Shown here: piece by piece, positions 1 through 13,085 of the stretch
Layout: each line of letters begins with the position of its first letter
Numbering within the stretch: the first letter of the stretch is position 1
Assembly: GCA_051362555.1 (NCBI GenBank)
Contig: CM120641.1
Coordinates: 27,100,401 to 27,164,400 of the forward strand
Length of the DNA: 64,000 nucleotides
Source: Lingula anatina
Lineage: Eukaryota; Animalia; Brachiopoda
Direction of reading: 5' to 3'
Notes under the pieces: model-generated
Told to the model about the DNA's origin: nothing
Database searches by the model: none
What the model saw: only the letters and a program-made list of their open reading frames with translations
Translations under genes and position numbers: made by a program

Positions 1-45
1 ACTGTAAATCTGCATTTTTAATTGATATAGTGTTGTATATGCTGC

Positions 46-215
46 TTAAAGGGATAATAACTCTACGTTTTGGCCAAAAAATGAATTTTCCTGGAGTAAA
101 CAACAATTTTCCCATACTTACCAATGGTGAATGAATCCATTTTTACATTCAAAGTTAGTCCCTGGTTTTTTTCTAAAAAGTTTGGTTTTTTGTTAAAATC
201 TCTTAAGAGATTATA
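46..215. mobile_element. Partial copy of a TTAA-type MITE (left end; same family as 3698-4343)
   Basis: ttaaagggataataactctacgttttggccaaaa...ttcaaagttagtcc...aaatctcttaagagatt aligns by eye with 3698-3868. Confidence 0.7.
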
Positions 216-435
216 ACAGAGTATAGCCATCAATGGAGGTCACGTGGTCTGAAGACAAGCTGAGATATCAGAATAAGAGCTATAACTCTTGTTTTTGTCG
301 TAAAACAGAATATATTATATTTCTATGAGTTATTCACAATGTTTTTATTGTGAATGTAGACCTCATACGAAGAGATATTATCCCTTAGTTTAATTGTTGA
401 TTGCTTCTATATTACAATTCCACAGAGGGCAAAAA

Positions 436-3400
436 ATGGCATCTTCAGCCACCCATGAGAGTCTGACAGGAAGTTCATCAGTGGCCAGTATAGGGTCAGC
501 AGAACAACGGCCAAACTTTGTCCACCTTGATGAGCGTTATAAGTGCGCCAAGTGTAAAGATGCCCTGTTAAATCCAATGCAAACTTCATGTGGACATCGC
601 ATTTGTGAACTCTGCCTTGATTCACTGTTCGGAGAAAATCAGGTCGAGGTCATGTGTCCAGGTGGTGAAGAAGATTGTGACAAACTGAATAAAAATGATG
701 TCAACTCTGTGAGTATTAATGTCCATTAGCTGTAGAAAAATGTCATTGGTAAAAAATGTCCTCATTGATGATAAACACAAAACTTCTTTTTGAGTTTGGG
801 TTATCTTTACTAATCTGAAAATATAAACTTTTCTTTTCATTTTCATATGTTTATCTGAAAACCTGGTGATTTTCCAAAATATTCTAATGGTATTTTACCA
901 TGACTAATTAATGTGAAACTGAGAGCTATTGAACTTTTAGTATCATTTGCAGTCATTCTATTATTATTATGAACCATCATTTACTGGAAGTGCTGCCTGT
1001 TTTAAAATCTGTATAAATTTATGTCCCTGTCTTGATAAATACTTTTTTATATACTAGGTTTTCAAGGACAAGAGCGCTCACAGAGAAATGCAAAGACTTG
1101 AAGTTTACTGCTCAAATAAAAACTATGGATGCCCTAAAAAGATGAAATGGAAAGAGTTGGATGTAAGTACTAATTAGAAGGTCCACATTATTTTAAACAA
1201 AAATTTAATGTAATCTTTCAAATGGCTGAAAATTTAATGAGTTATTGAAGTAAAACTACACTGAATGGCTGACTGTATGTTTTTACACCTAAGTTACATA
1301 TTTCATGTGTGTATTTTAGAAACATTCAGCAGATTGTGAATATACCCCTGAGTGTTGTGTATTTTGTGGCAACCCTATTCCACGTATACAAACAAACCAT
1401 CACCAGACTGAAGAATGTTCACAGCGACCAGTAGCATGTCGGTATTGCCTACAACAGGTGCCCTTTTCAGAGTATGAGGTAAGATTAATGTAATATTGTA
1501 AAATCATTTTTGATTTTAGCAAAAAATAATAGTGACCTTAACTGGCCAAACATCAAACTATATATTATTGTGTTAATGTTCAATATCTTTAAAGCAGTTG
1601 TACTTTTTGGGATGGAAATGATAATTATTAATGCTATTTAAAAAAAATTTTAAGCGATTCTTTTAAATTTGTCCATTGCGACAAAAGCATTTGGAGTTTT
1701 TACATTAGATAATTTTGTATTACCACAGAGGTATTAAAACTGTACAGTTTTTTTACATATTGTTTTTACATACTTAATTGTTTTGACTTGGTTGCAGACA
1801 CACATAGATGAAACATGTCTTGAAGTCCAAGTGGATTGTCCACACAAATGTGGTGCAACTGGAATTAAAAGAGGGGAGGTACAATATCTTTTTACTAGTA
1901 GCATTTGTTAGGTCTGCTATCTAATATTTCTTCAAAATTTCTTAGAATTATTTCTCTGAATGACAATCTATAACTTTCTTAATAGACAATCTTAAAAGTT
2001 TTACTCAAATCACGCATGTACTCACAGACTATGTTTAGTATTGATTTATGATTTGTACTAGTACTTTACATTTTATATTCTGATATATTTTTATTATACT
2101 CTCATTTTAGTATATTGTAAATTTGTGATGCTGTATTTATTTACTTATGGCTTTTGACAAAATATGTTAACTCTGTGTCTTGTGTTTATCAAGCTTGAAG
2201 AGCATTTTAGAATATGCCAAGCAAAGCCAGCAGAATGTCCATACAGAGTTTACGGATGTGAATTTCAGGTAAGAATATAAACAGTACATTTTCATAGGAG
2301 TAGAGTTGGATTAAAATATGTATATATCAGGGGGAATTATGAAAAATACATAATGAGGTAATGGTTATGTAATTAGAAAAAGATTGTCACTTAAAGTATC
2401 AAGGACCCTCCAGTATAAATGTGTCAAAATTAAGCAACATTCACATTATAGTTTGTTCCATCCTTCTATGATCTGTCAGGTTAAACTTGGCTCACAAAAT
2501 GTATAGCAAATGTAATCCCACTGTCAAGTTATTTTGGAAAAAAGGGGGAAAGTAAATTTTGAAGTTTTTTATATGTGTTTATTCTTTATTGTTTTGCGGA
2601 CACTTTTATAGATTTGGTGGTTGTATTTTTAGGGAACACAACCAGAGGTTAAGACACATGAAGATGAAGATAAAGTGAACCACATACATTTATTAGCTGT
2701 ACAGTTAGGTAGACTAGCACTTGACAAGATGGAGGTCACACGAAAAACTGAGGTAAGGAATACGTAGTAACAGCTCCAAACAGTGTTTAAATTTGTTAAT
2801 AAAGTTTGCATGTGCAAATTGGTTTAAAAGATGTTAAAAGGTCTTGGATAATAGTGGATGAATTCTTTAGGATAAAAAGATGTATTGAACATTCTTCTGA
2901 TTGATGGCAATTTTTGCAGTTTCATAGTACATATATAGATTAACTATCCTTACTGATGATAGACTTGGTTTTCATTTAAAATCTGATGATTATTGTTGTC
3001 TACAGTGATCAGATTGTAATTATTATAACATTATTCCCTGTCTCAATGTAGGAATGCCTAAATCAGTTAGATGCTTTAAAGAACCAGGTCCAAAGTTTCG
3101 AAGCAGACAACGAGCAACATAAGCAGACTGCAGAAAACTTTGAAAAGAAAATGAAAAGCTTACAGGTAGGTCTTGTGGCATGGTTTATTTAACCTACTTT
3201 CATGAATTCCGATCTGATGCATGCTATCTTTGTTAAATATATTTTGTGCTAAGCAGCTCTGACCTTAAATGGACCCTCCATGTGATAATGAAAGTTTACA
3301 AATTTTAAAGTTAAACAAGTATAAACCTGTTTGAATTGAAATTGAAAAATAAATGTTTACTTTCAAAAATGATATAGAAACTTAAGTCTGTGTGTGGTTT

Positions 3401-6400
3401 GATGACAATACTTGTTTTAGCCAATGCAGACAAAGTAAATTGTAGTATGAATATTCAATGAGGAGAAGTGCACGTCATCATCGTGAACCAAAAACATCCC
3501 CACCTTCCTTTATTCTTATTTTTACTGTTGTCAGTTTACTATTTCCAACTAGTTGCAAGGCTTAATTCACACAGTTCTCTTACATTTCCTTGTTCATTCT
3601 TCTGAAACTGCCACCTTTGCCTTTGAGAGTTTCTTTTGATTAAGTAGAACATGTTGCTTGAATATTTAAAGATGATGTCATATAAACTGGCATGGTCTCA
3701 AAGTCATAATAACTCTTCGTTTTGGCCAAAAATTGGATTTTCCTGGAGTAAACGGCAATTTTCCCGTACTTACCAATGGTCAACTACCCCATTCCTGCAT
3801 TCAAAGTTAGTCCAGGGTTTTTTTCCTAAACGTTTGGTTTTTTGTTTAAATCTCTTAAGAGATTTTAACTGACAGAGCCCTCTCTGACATTGCATAGTCA
3901 CGCTATATCGAGCGATAGTTTCTGGTGACCTACTTAAAACCACTATATAACAATAATATAAGATTTATAAGATATATTTGTCTTATTGCTCAAAATGCAT
4001 TAATATCTACAATGTGTGCAATTCTGGGCTTTTCGTTATCCAACACACTATACAAAAACTCGCAACTTATATCTGAGGATTGCATCAACGCGTTTCCCGC
4101 CATGTTATTTTGGTCTCGAATGAATGCGAGAATCCGCGTGACACCTCAACGTCATAAACAAGGGATGCCTTGACGACTGTGAAGAAAGGCATCGAAAGCC
4201 CTATTGACAAGCACAGATTTTAGTTTTACTACAATGACAGTCGTTTTAGTGGTAAAATGCAATAGAATATATTTCCATGTGTTGTTTACAATGTATTTCT
4301 TGCGGAATTTTGAATCTCAAAGGAAGAGTTATTATTGCTTTAAGGAAACCTGCTAAATGTGTCACATTCCCTTTTATGGAAGCAAGGAGTCTGGATGATG
4401 AAAGGAGCAATATGAAATCAACGTGTAATCGACATGGTTAAATTAAATCAAGGTGAAAGTCACAGTGAGAAGTTCCTCATTGATATGGAGATTTGAAAAT
4501 GTGGTAGCTGGTATTCATCAAGTCTGTTGTGTGTCAGACTACAAACAAAATTTGAAGAGAAACATTCAGGTTATTTATGTTTTGAAATGTGGCTATATTC
4601 TTTTTGGAAAGCCTGTGCAAAAAGGTACATTTATGCCTTTAAAAGCTCACAAACATCTTGGATCTTTTAAAAAAGATACTGAAACAAATGCCCCTACTCA
4701 CAGAGGCATTTAACATTTGAAATAATGACATACTTGTTCAACACACACCTTGTTCAAACATAAGTATTTTACATGGAATGGGATAACAAGGAAAAGGTAT
4801 AGCCATCCATGCACTTAATTTAATTGATCCCTTTTAAATAGCTTATTTGGATTGTTATTTTGGTATTTGCAAATGCACATGATATAGTATGTGGAGTACT
4901 TAGTACCAGGACTATGATTTTTCTTTAGAAAATGATGGCCAGTCATGGCGAAAAAGTCTATAAACTGGAAGACAAGGTCGAGGGAGTTGCAGAGAAAAAA
5001 GTTGTCGAAGACCATGGAAGACAAATAACTGCTATGAAAGAAACACAGAAGAATCACGAAGATAGGATCGTCAGAATCGAGCGTGGAGGTGGAGGAGGTA
5101 CCGGTGGGAACGTGGGTGTCAGTGGTAAGGAAATGTTACAGTGGGGACAATGCCTCGTGAAAGGGAACAACAAAATTTTGATACTTTTATGCCCTGGAGT
5201 TAGATGGAGAAACTTGATTTAAAGATACTAATATGCATATTTTGTAAAGGGAGAGATTGCTTTTTACATTCACTGACAGTCTGTGAGAATGAAAGATGGA
5301 TGGTTTTTCAGTTGGGAACCACAGTTGAAAGACTCAGTAGCTTTAGGGTGGTCATTAAGATTACATTAAATACTGCTTTTGGGTCTGTACTATTATTGTA
5401 CCACCAGCGTTAGCGCTGGCGGTACACATGGTTTCGGTCCCGTCCGGATCGTTCCGCCGGCTCCGTTGGCTCCGCCGGCTCCGCCGGATGGCTACTGTTA
5501 CCGCTTCTCCTCCTAGACGGTAAGGGCCCCCGTACCCATCTCATGGATTTAGGTCACCTATAATCTCAACTCGTTCCACGTAAAATTTGGGCTTTGTCGG
5601 TATTGGGGTCTGGGTGTGGCACTCATTGCAATGCACCCTTGTCTAAAAATGGCAAAATTAAATGCTAATTATCTACCCTACGGAAGGAGTTATGGGAAAA
5701 ATTTCTATAGACGGCTTTCCAAAAGTCATATGTGTAGATTTCAAATATACCCTTGGATTTGACCTTTGACCTTTACTTCAAGGTCAAATGGGCCAAAATT
5801 TTCAAAAAAATGAAATTTTTTACGAAAAAAAATTTTTTTGCCCTGTTATTCAGACACCACACAGACTTAACCAATAATATTATTGGAAAGTGTTACCCTT
5901 CAGGTCATCTTTCATCTCCATGAATTTGGGGTCAATCGGTGCATTTTCACGGGAGTAGCGGCCATAAGATACCGAAACTGAAAACTGTCTCTAATTCGGG
6001 AACCGTTAATGCTAGAGACCCATTCTTTTTTGCATTTTGTAGAGCATGTAAAGCCCAACACTGGAGGTGGTCTCGGTTTTTTTGTATTCCATACGGTTTT
6101 CGAGTTACGCTGTATCAAAAAGTACATATTGGTGGTGAAAGCAAAATGTGCAGTACGGTAATGGATAATAAATTTTGAACTCTGGAAAAATAAAACATAA
6201 GGCTTGGCAAAGCAGACAACTTGTGTTCAAAAATGACATTATTTCATCAAATTTGAACTTCTGAAACTTCAGAGCACCTCCTATTTCAAGAATTTTGACC
6301 AAAATGACATTTTCTTTATTTTAATTAATTTTTTCTGTACGAAATTTAAGGCACATTATGGTAACTCCAAAATTATAACATTTAGTCCCTTATATCTCCA

Positions 6401-9400
6401 AAACTGGCAGAGATAGGTCCATAGTTACTATTGAAGTTGAATAGGAAGTCATATACTGGCAATCTTACTATGACCTTGAAATTGACCTTTGACCTACTTT
6501 TCACCATGAACTGAACTTTGCAAATTTTTCTTCCCTTTTATCTCCAAAACTGGCAGAGATAGGTCCATAGTTACTATTGAACTTGAATAGGAAGTCATAT
6601 ACTGGCAATCTAAATGTGACCTTAAAATTGACCTTTGACCTACTTTACACCATGAACTGAATTTTGCAAATTTTGCTTTCCTTTTATCTCCAAAACTGGC
6701 AGAGATAGGTCCGTAGTTACTATTGAACTTGAATAGGAAGTCATATACTGGCAATCTATATGTGACATTAAAATTGACCTTTGACCTACTTTTCACCATG
6801 AACTGAATTTTGCAAATTTTGCTTTCCTTTTATCTCAAAAACTAGCTGAGATAGGTCCATAGTTACTATTGAACTTGAATAGGAAGTCATATACTGGCAA
6901 TCTAAATGTGACCTTAAAATTGACCTTTGACTTACTTTTCACCATAAACTGAACTTTGCAAAATTTGCTTCCCTTTTATCTCCAAAACTGGCTGAGATAG
7001 GTCCATAGTTACTATTGAACTTGAATAGGAAGTCTTATACTGGCAATCTAAATGTGACATTAAAATTGACCTTTGACCTACTTTTCTCCATGAACTGAAC
7101 TTTGCAAATTTTTCTTCCCTTTTATCTCCAAAACTGGCAGAGATAGGTCCATAGTTACTATTGAAGTTGAATAGGAAGTCATATACTGGCAATCTAAATG
7201 TGACCTTAAAATTGACCTTTGACCTACTTTACACCATGAACTGAATTTTGCAAATTTTGCTTTCCTTTTATCTCCAAAACTGGCTGAGATAGGTCCGTAG
7301 TTACTATTGAACTTGAATAGGAAGTCATATACTGGCAATCTAAATGTGACCTTAAAATTGACCTTTGACCTACTTTTCACCATAAACTGAACTTTGCAAA
7401 TTTTGCTTCCCTTTTATCTCAAAAACTGGCAGAGATAAGTCCATAGTTACTATTGAACTTGAATAGGAAGTCGTATACTGGCAATCTAAATGTGACCTTG
7501 AAATTGACCTTTGACCTACTTTTCACCATGAACTGAACTTTGCAAAATTTGCTTCCCTTTTATCTCCAAAACTGGCAGAGATAGGTCCATAGTTACTATT
7601 GAAGTTGAATAGGAAGTCATATACTGGCAATCTAAATGTGACCTTAAAATTGACCTTTGACCTACTTTACACCATGAACTGAATTTTGCAAATTTTGCTT
7701 TCCTTTTATCTCCAAAACTGGCTGAGATAGGTCCGTAGTTACTATTGAACTTGAATAGGAAGTCATATACTGGCAATCTAAATGTGACCTTAAAATTGAC
7801 CTTTGACCTACTTTTCACCATAAACTGAAATTTGCAAATTTTGCTTCCCTTTTATCTCAAAAACTGGCAGAGATAGGTCCATAGTTACTATTGAACTTGA
7901 ATAGGAAGTCATATACTGGCAATCTAAATGTGACCTTAAAATTGACCTTTGACCTACTTTTCACCATGAACTGAACTTTGCAAACTTTTCTTCCCTTTTA
8001 TCTCCAAAACTGGCAGAGATAGGTCCATAGTTACTATTGAACTTGAAAAGGAAGTCATATACTGGCAATCTAAATGTGACCTTAAAATTGACCTTTGACC
8101 TACTTTTCACCATAAAATGAATTTTGCAAATTTTGCTTCCCTTTTATCTCCAAAACTGGCAGAGATAGGTTCATAGTTACTATTGAACTTGAATAGGAAG
8201 TCATATACTGGCAATCTAAATGTGACCTTGACATTGACCTTTGACCTACTTTTCACCATGAACTGAACTTTGCAAATTTTGCTTCCCTTTTATCTCCAAA
8301 ACTGGCAGAGATAGGTCCATAGTTACTATTGAACTTGAATAGGAAGTCATATACTGGCAATCTAAATGTGACCTTGACATTGACCTTTGACCTACTTTTC
8401 ACCATGAACTGAATTTTGCAAATTTTGCTTCCCTTTTATCTCCAAAACTGGCTGAGATAGGTCCATAGTTACTATTGAAGTTGAATAGGAAGTCCTATAT
8501 TGGCAATCTAAGTGTGACCTTGAAATTGACCTTTGACCTACTTTTTATCATGAACTGAACTCTGCTAATTTCTTTCTCTTTTAACTTCAAACTTGACAGA
8601 GATAGGTCCATAGTTACTCTTGAACTTGAATAGGAAGTCATATACTGGCAATTTACTGTGACCTTGAAATTGACCCTTGACCTACCTTACGAAGAACTTA
8701 AATTTGATTGTGCCATATATATTTTTTGCAATAGTTTAAAAATTCTTGTTGATTGCATTTTTACAGCTTGTCAAGCACAAAACTGGTGGCTGTGTCCCTT
8801 ATTTTGTGTATGTTGGGGTCTATACGAATGCGCTTGCTCCAGCTGGTGGTACAATATTCGGAGGCGGTATCGCCTCTCTGATCCTCTAGTTGGATATTAA
8901 ATGATATAAATTTGACATGTACGTAATGCATTTCAATCAGTCATGAAAATTTTTTTTTCTAAAAAGGATAATTTAAAATGCCTATTTACCTATATTATAC
9001 ATGTATGATGTCATAATTTCAGAGGCCTTAATGAATCAATTAACTGCTCATGACCGCCAAGTAGGTATCCATGATGTGAGATTGGCAGAGATTGATCTTC
9101 GCTTTCAAGTTCTAGAGACTGCTTCCTACGATGGCATCCTCATCTGGAAAATCAGAGATTACACAAGGAGGAAGCATGAGGCCACCACTGGGAAGACATT
9201 GTCTTTGTACAGCCAGCCATTTTATACCAGCAGATTTGGATACAAAATGTGTGCCAGGGTGTACCTCAACGGTGACGGAATGGGCAAGGGAACCCACATG
9301 TCATTGTTCTTTGTTGTGATGAGAGGTGATTATGATGCCCTGCTTCAATGGCCTTTCAGACAGAAGGTCACTTTGATGCTCCTGGACCAAGACTCCGGTC

Positions 9401-9594
9401 GCCGCCATCTGTCAGACACCTTCAGGCCTGACCCGACCAGCAGCAGCTTCAAGAAGCCCACCTCCGAGATGAATGTTGCTTCGGGATGCCCTCTTTTTGT
9501 GTCCCAATCAGTACTTGAATCAAAAACCTATGTGAAGGACGATACAATTTTCATTAAAGTCATTGTAGATACAGCTGATTTGTATGGACCCTAA
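436..9594 (+). CDS. TRAF3: TNF receptor-associated factor 3-like (RING, TRAF zinc fingers, coiled coil, MATH/TRAF-C), ~564 aa; exons 436-708, 1058-1162, 1320-1478, 1798-1878, 2194-2268, 2633-2752, 3052-3165, 4929-5124, 9023-9594
   Basis: RING motif CAKC...CGHRICELC; repeated zinc-finger exons (HSADCEY..C..C, HIDETCLEVQVDCPHKC, HFRICQAKPAECPYRVYGC); heptad-rich exons; C-terminal MATH domain YDGILIWKIRDY...SLYSQPFYTSRFGYKMCARVYLNGDGMGKGTHMSLFFVVMRG...FRPDPTSSSFKKP typical of TRAF3. All introns are GT-AG and phase-compatible; total 1695 nt. Confidence 0.93.
3698..4343. mobile_element. Non-autonomous TIR element (MITE) with TTAA-like ends (Kolobok/piggyBac-like) in TRAF3 intron 7
   Basis: Left end tcaaagtcataataactcttc; right end gaagagttattattgctttaa (reverse complement ttaaagcaataataactcttc). 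A second copy of the left part lies at 46-215. Confidence 0.7.
5391..8891 (+). mobile_element. Non-autonomous Helentron-associated element (HINE/DINE-1-like) carrying a central satellite array
   Basis: Sub-terminal inverted repeat tattgtaccaccagc (5394-5408) / gctggtggtacaata (8842-8856); 5' hairpin gtaccaccagcg..cgctggcggtac; short (ccggctccg)-type microsatellite at ~5450-5490; 3' stem-loop gaggcg-gtat-cgcctc (8861-8876) followed by a ctagtt terminus (8886-8891). Confidence 0.8.
6390..8690. repeat. Tandem satellite, 146-bp unit, ~16 copies
   Basis: aaactggcagagataggtccatagttactattgaacttgaataggaagtcatatactggcaatc... recurs at 6401, 6547 and onward with a 146-nt period; copies are highly similar. 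Confidence 0.97.
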
Positions 9595-9728
9595 GTAACT
9601 CATCCCCAGTAAACACACCATGTTGGGCTGTCATGGACATTATTGCAATGTGACTGTGACCCCAACATGGTGTGTTTACTAAGATCATCCTGCCAGTGCC
9701 AATGTCTTGTGTGTATGTGTATTTGTAG

Positions 9729-9896
9729 CATGGGCGGATTTAGGCTGTCTTCTGGGTCTTCTAGAAGACGGTCAGATTTTCAAATTTACATTGACGGGTA
9801 TCTATTTTTTTCTGTTGGAAGACGGTCAAAAATGTAGGATGGATCAACAAAGATAATTTAGAAGACTGTCGGAAAATATCTCTAGATCCGCACCTG
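9729..9896. mobile_element. Short MITE of the GGCGGAT(C/T)..ATCCGCC family in the TRAF3 3' region
   Basis: catgggcggatttagg ... tctagatccgcacctg inverted ends; related ends at 62608-62852, ~11990-12186 and ~30770. Confidence 0.5.
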
Positions 9897-10729
9897 TGTA
9901 TATATACTGGTAAATACATATTCGTGTACCTATACAGCTGTGCAATCAGTGCATACTTGACATGGGCCCCAGCAGGTGTCTATTATAATAGTTACATAAC
10001 TCCTTGTATGAAGCGCCTCCCAGAAGTCCAACCCCTCCGTCCAAGTCGTGGGAGGTGGTAAACAAAGTGATTGCGATATACTTGCCTGGGATTGAGGTGC
10101 TTGCATGCCTACAATCCTAAATCAAATGGCTAACAGGGGCACTGGCAAACTTTAATATTAGCTTGTATTACAGCCTCAATTTTTTTTTAGAATTGCAGAT
10201 AGTCATGTATTATACTGCATAGAATGAAAAAGTAAAAAAAAAATTAAAAATTAAAAAAAAAATTTTTAATTAAATGAAGAATATTACAGTGATGTGTATA
10301 TGCACTGCAATTGATAAATGAGGTAATTATATATATACAAATGGAAATTGGTTTTGTCATATCATTGTTTGAATCAGTAGTTTTTCCAGAAAACTTAGTG
10401 TTTTAATTGTGGGATGATGTTATTGCTGTGTTTGCTTACATTTTATATTCTCCGTAGATTCTGCTTATAAATATTTCTGCATACAAGGAGTTATTGTAAT
10501 TACCTGTATTGCATCAATTACGCTCCTGAACATTATATGCAACCCTGTCAGTAATTAAGTAGCTTGCTAAGTGCATTGAGGAATGATAATGACCTTGAGC
10601 TAAGGTCTATATATAGAGCTCTTGTAATCAAGGGGTTGGACTACCAAAAATGAGGTATGTTGAGTACAGCAAAAATTGTGGTATTTTGTCTGTTTTACAC
10701 ACAGTGCACTTAAAATGATATGTGCACAA

Positions 10730-11318
10730 AGTGGAATTCCCAAGACGGAAGTAGTTTAAGTATATTGATAATTTTGGGATTTTTGTTTCTTTCACACCTA
10801 GTCCACTTGAAATAATATGTGCAAGGAGTAACCATACCCCCAGTACATATCATGGCTTTCTTCGTCCCAAATGTGGGCAAGAAATACAGCACAAGTGCCA
10901 ACCTCATTAACGTCCAGTGTCAAAAAAAGACTGCATTCCCATAAACCCATCGTACTAGCTGGATCAATCTAACTCTGCAGGACTTCTCGCTAAAGAGCTT
11001 TCAGTGTAATCAGCTTGTCTGGCACACCCCCTAATTTAAGGTGCTGACGCTGAATGCAATTTAGCAAGAATCCCTGCAGAGTTAGATGGATCCAGCTTGT
11101 GCAGTGGGGTTATGGGAATGCCCCCCTTGGGCTCACCAAATTGGGACATAACGTAGGATCAGCACCAGTGCTCTATTCTATAGGCACATTTGGGACGAAG
11201 AAAGCCAAGATATGTAGTTACTCGTTGCGCATATTGTTTCAAGTGGACTACGTGTGGAAGACACAAAATGCCAAAATTATCTATATACTGAGAGTACTTC
11301 CGTCTTGGGAATTCCACT
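10730..11318. mobile_element. Long imperfect palindrome (foldback MITE), ~290-bp arms
   Basis: agtggaattcccaagacggaagta / tacttccgtcttgggaattccact; agtccacttgaaataatatg / catattgtttcaagtggact; ggctttcttcgtcccaaatgtg / cacatttgggacgaagaaagcc; ctggatcaatctaactctgcagg / cctgcagagttagatggatccag; centre near 11030. Confidence 0.85.
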
Positions 11319-12211
11319 CCTTCGGTTACTATATACAACAAAATTATAATGAAATACGCGGTACTAAGTGCCTCACTGAGTATGCCCTGTTATTTTATGT
11401 ACAGTCTTCCTTGAATTTATTCACGAGCAATTGGTGCAATACAGAAATGGGATGAGTGCTTTTGGTCCATGTCAGGAAAAATGACAATTAAAATGAGTTA
11501 GACAAATAAATTTTTCGTCAATGAAGAGTTTGTTACTGTTGGTGATATGAGGTGATGAGGCATAGGTGCAATACCCATTAGGATAGATTTAAAGATTTTT
11601 ATTTGACTTTCAATTTTCCTAGTGGATCAAAGAATTTTGCCTCAGATTTGGCAATAATGATATATGAAAAAGTACAAAGTCTGGAAAATGAAAGAGTTGA
11701 GAGCGCAGTTTTTTTTTTTTTTTTTTTTTTTTTGTTTCAAATGGTGAAAGGCGAGACGAGTGTTTAAAGGAAATTCGTCTTACGCTCTCATCATGCACAA
11801 TGTACCCGGTATAAAAGCTGATTTGGTTTTGTTACATTCTAGGATTTCGTGATCCTTTTTACTCGTCACTTGCAACCTCTTAGTTCACTTTTTATTTGAA
11901 TGAAAACATAGTGATCATAATTTTTAAAGAGACCACTCATAGTTTACTCGTGCATCTGCTGTCTTCTATCGGTGCACGGCGCTTTTTACAATGGCAGACC
12001 CGGGGGTGACAACAGTGGGCCGCGTGCCACCTTGCGTTGGAGGAACCTCTCCCCCTCCCCCCCCCCCCCCCCCCCAATCTACTCTACACATTACACTTAA
12101 ACTGACCTCGCCTATCATTTCTTTAAATTTCACACTTGTTGCCCATCCCCCTCCCTCTCTTAAGCAAAATCCTGGATCCTGTAGTGTCTAATAAAGACCG
12201 TGACAAGGGAC

Positions 12212-12357
12212 AGGTGTGACAGGAATGGTCGTCCGCTAGGAACCGTAATCCGACCCCCATTACTTTGTACAGGTGACATTCGTCCAATATACTAACCCCA
12301 GTACTCCAACTAACCCTGTGTGTATCATATGAGGCTCCAGACTCCCGTTCGTAAGAC
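12212..12357 (+). repeat. Dispersed repeat (transposon end); inverted copy at 58708-58858
   Basis: ggtgtgacaggaatggtcgtccgctaggaaccgta...caggtgacattcgtccaatatactaacccc matches the reverse complement of 58745-58858. Confidence 0.75.
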
Positions 12358-13085
12358 TATCAGTCCTGTCACCACTGTGTCTGTGCATGGAAGTAGATAT
12401 ACTTCCATGATATGTGACAGATATAACTGCAACATTATCCCTGTCGCAACAAGTATTATAACAGGTACCATGCGCGACCACGCCCTCCACTGCTCTAGGT
12501 GTTGACATACAGCTAGGATCCAATATAACACTATTATATTGGATCTTAGAAAACGGGTATTTGTATAGGGTTAACACCTAGGGGGTTCGGGCATGGTGGT
12601 GACTTGAAAATTAGTGAATCATGGCCTTAAGTACACGCCCTGAAAATTACATGACCACAACAATACCCGGTGGATTGTGTTTGTTCAGCCATCCCGACTC
12701 TTAACTAGCCCCGGAATTCGAAATGATGCTAAGTCAACAGTTATGAAAAGATGTGTAATTCTACACCTTTCAGATCCGCACCTTTAAACCAGCGTTAGTC
12801 AGAAAAGAGCTAGCAATATTATTATTTGGGTCATTGATGACTACACTGCTTTAAATATCGCGAGAGGCAACATAGGTGGAGAGGTGACAGTCGTTTTTAA
12901 ATTTTGGTCCCGTTTTTTCTGTTTAATGACCCCAGGCCCCCATGTGTCAAATATACATGTACAAGTATATATAAGCAAGGACGCGTGAAAACACAACACA
13001 AATCTTTTAACTACCAGCTTGGTTTAACAAGAGGAGGAGGAATAACTTGATACGACGTGGATCTACTCTGCTGTGAATTGAAAAC

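Noticed and set aside
6494-7821. Repeated 86-101 aa minus-strand ORFs (MVKSRSKVNF...)
   Set aside because: By-products of the 146-bp satellite; the unit is not a multiple of 3 and the ORFs lack coding features.
6390-8690. CRISPR-like regular repeat
   Set aside because: Whole units are near-identical with no unique spacers; the context is a eukaryotic intron with no cas genes.
10710-11455. ORFs on both strands with similar peptides (TFGTKKA...LPSWEFH)
   Set aside because: Mirror translations of the two palindrome arms, not genes.
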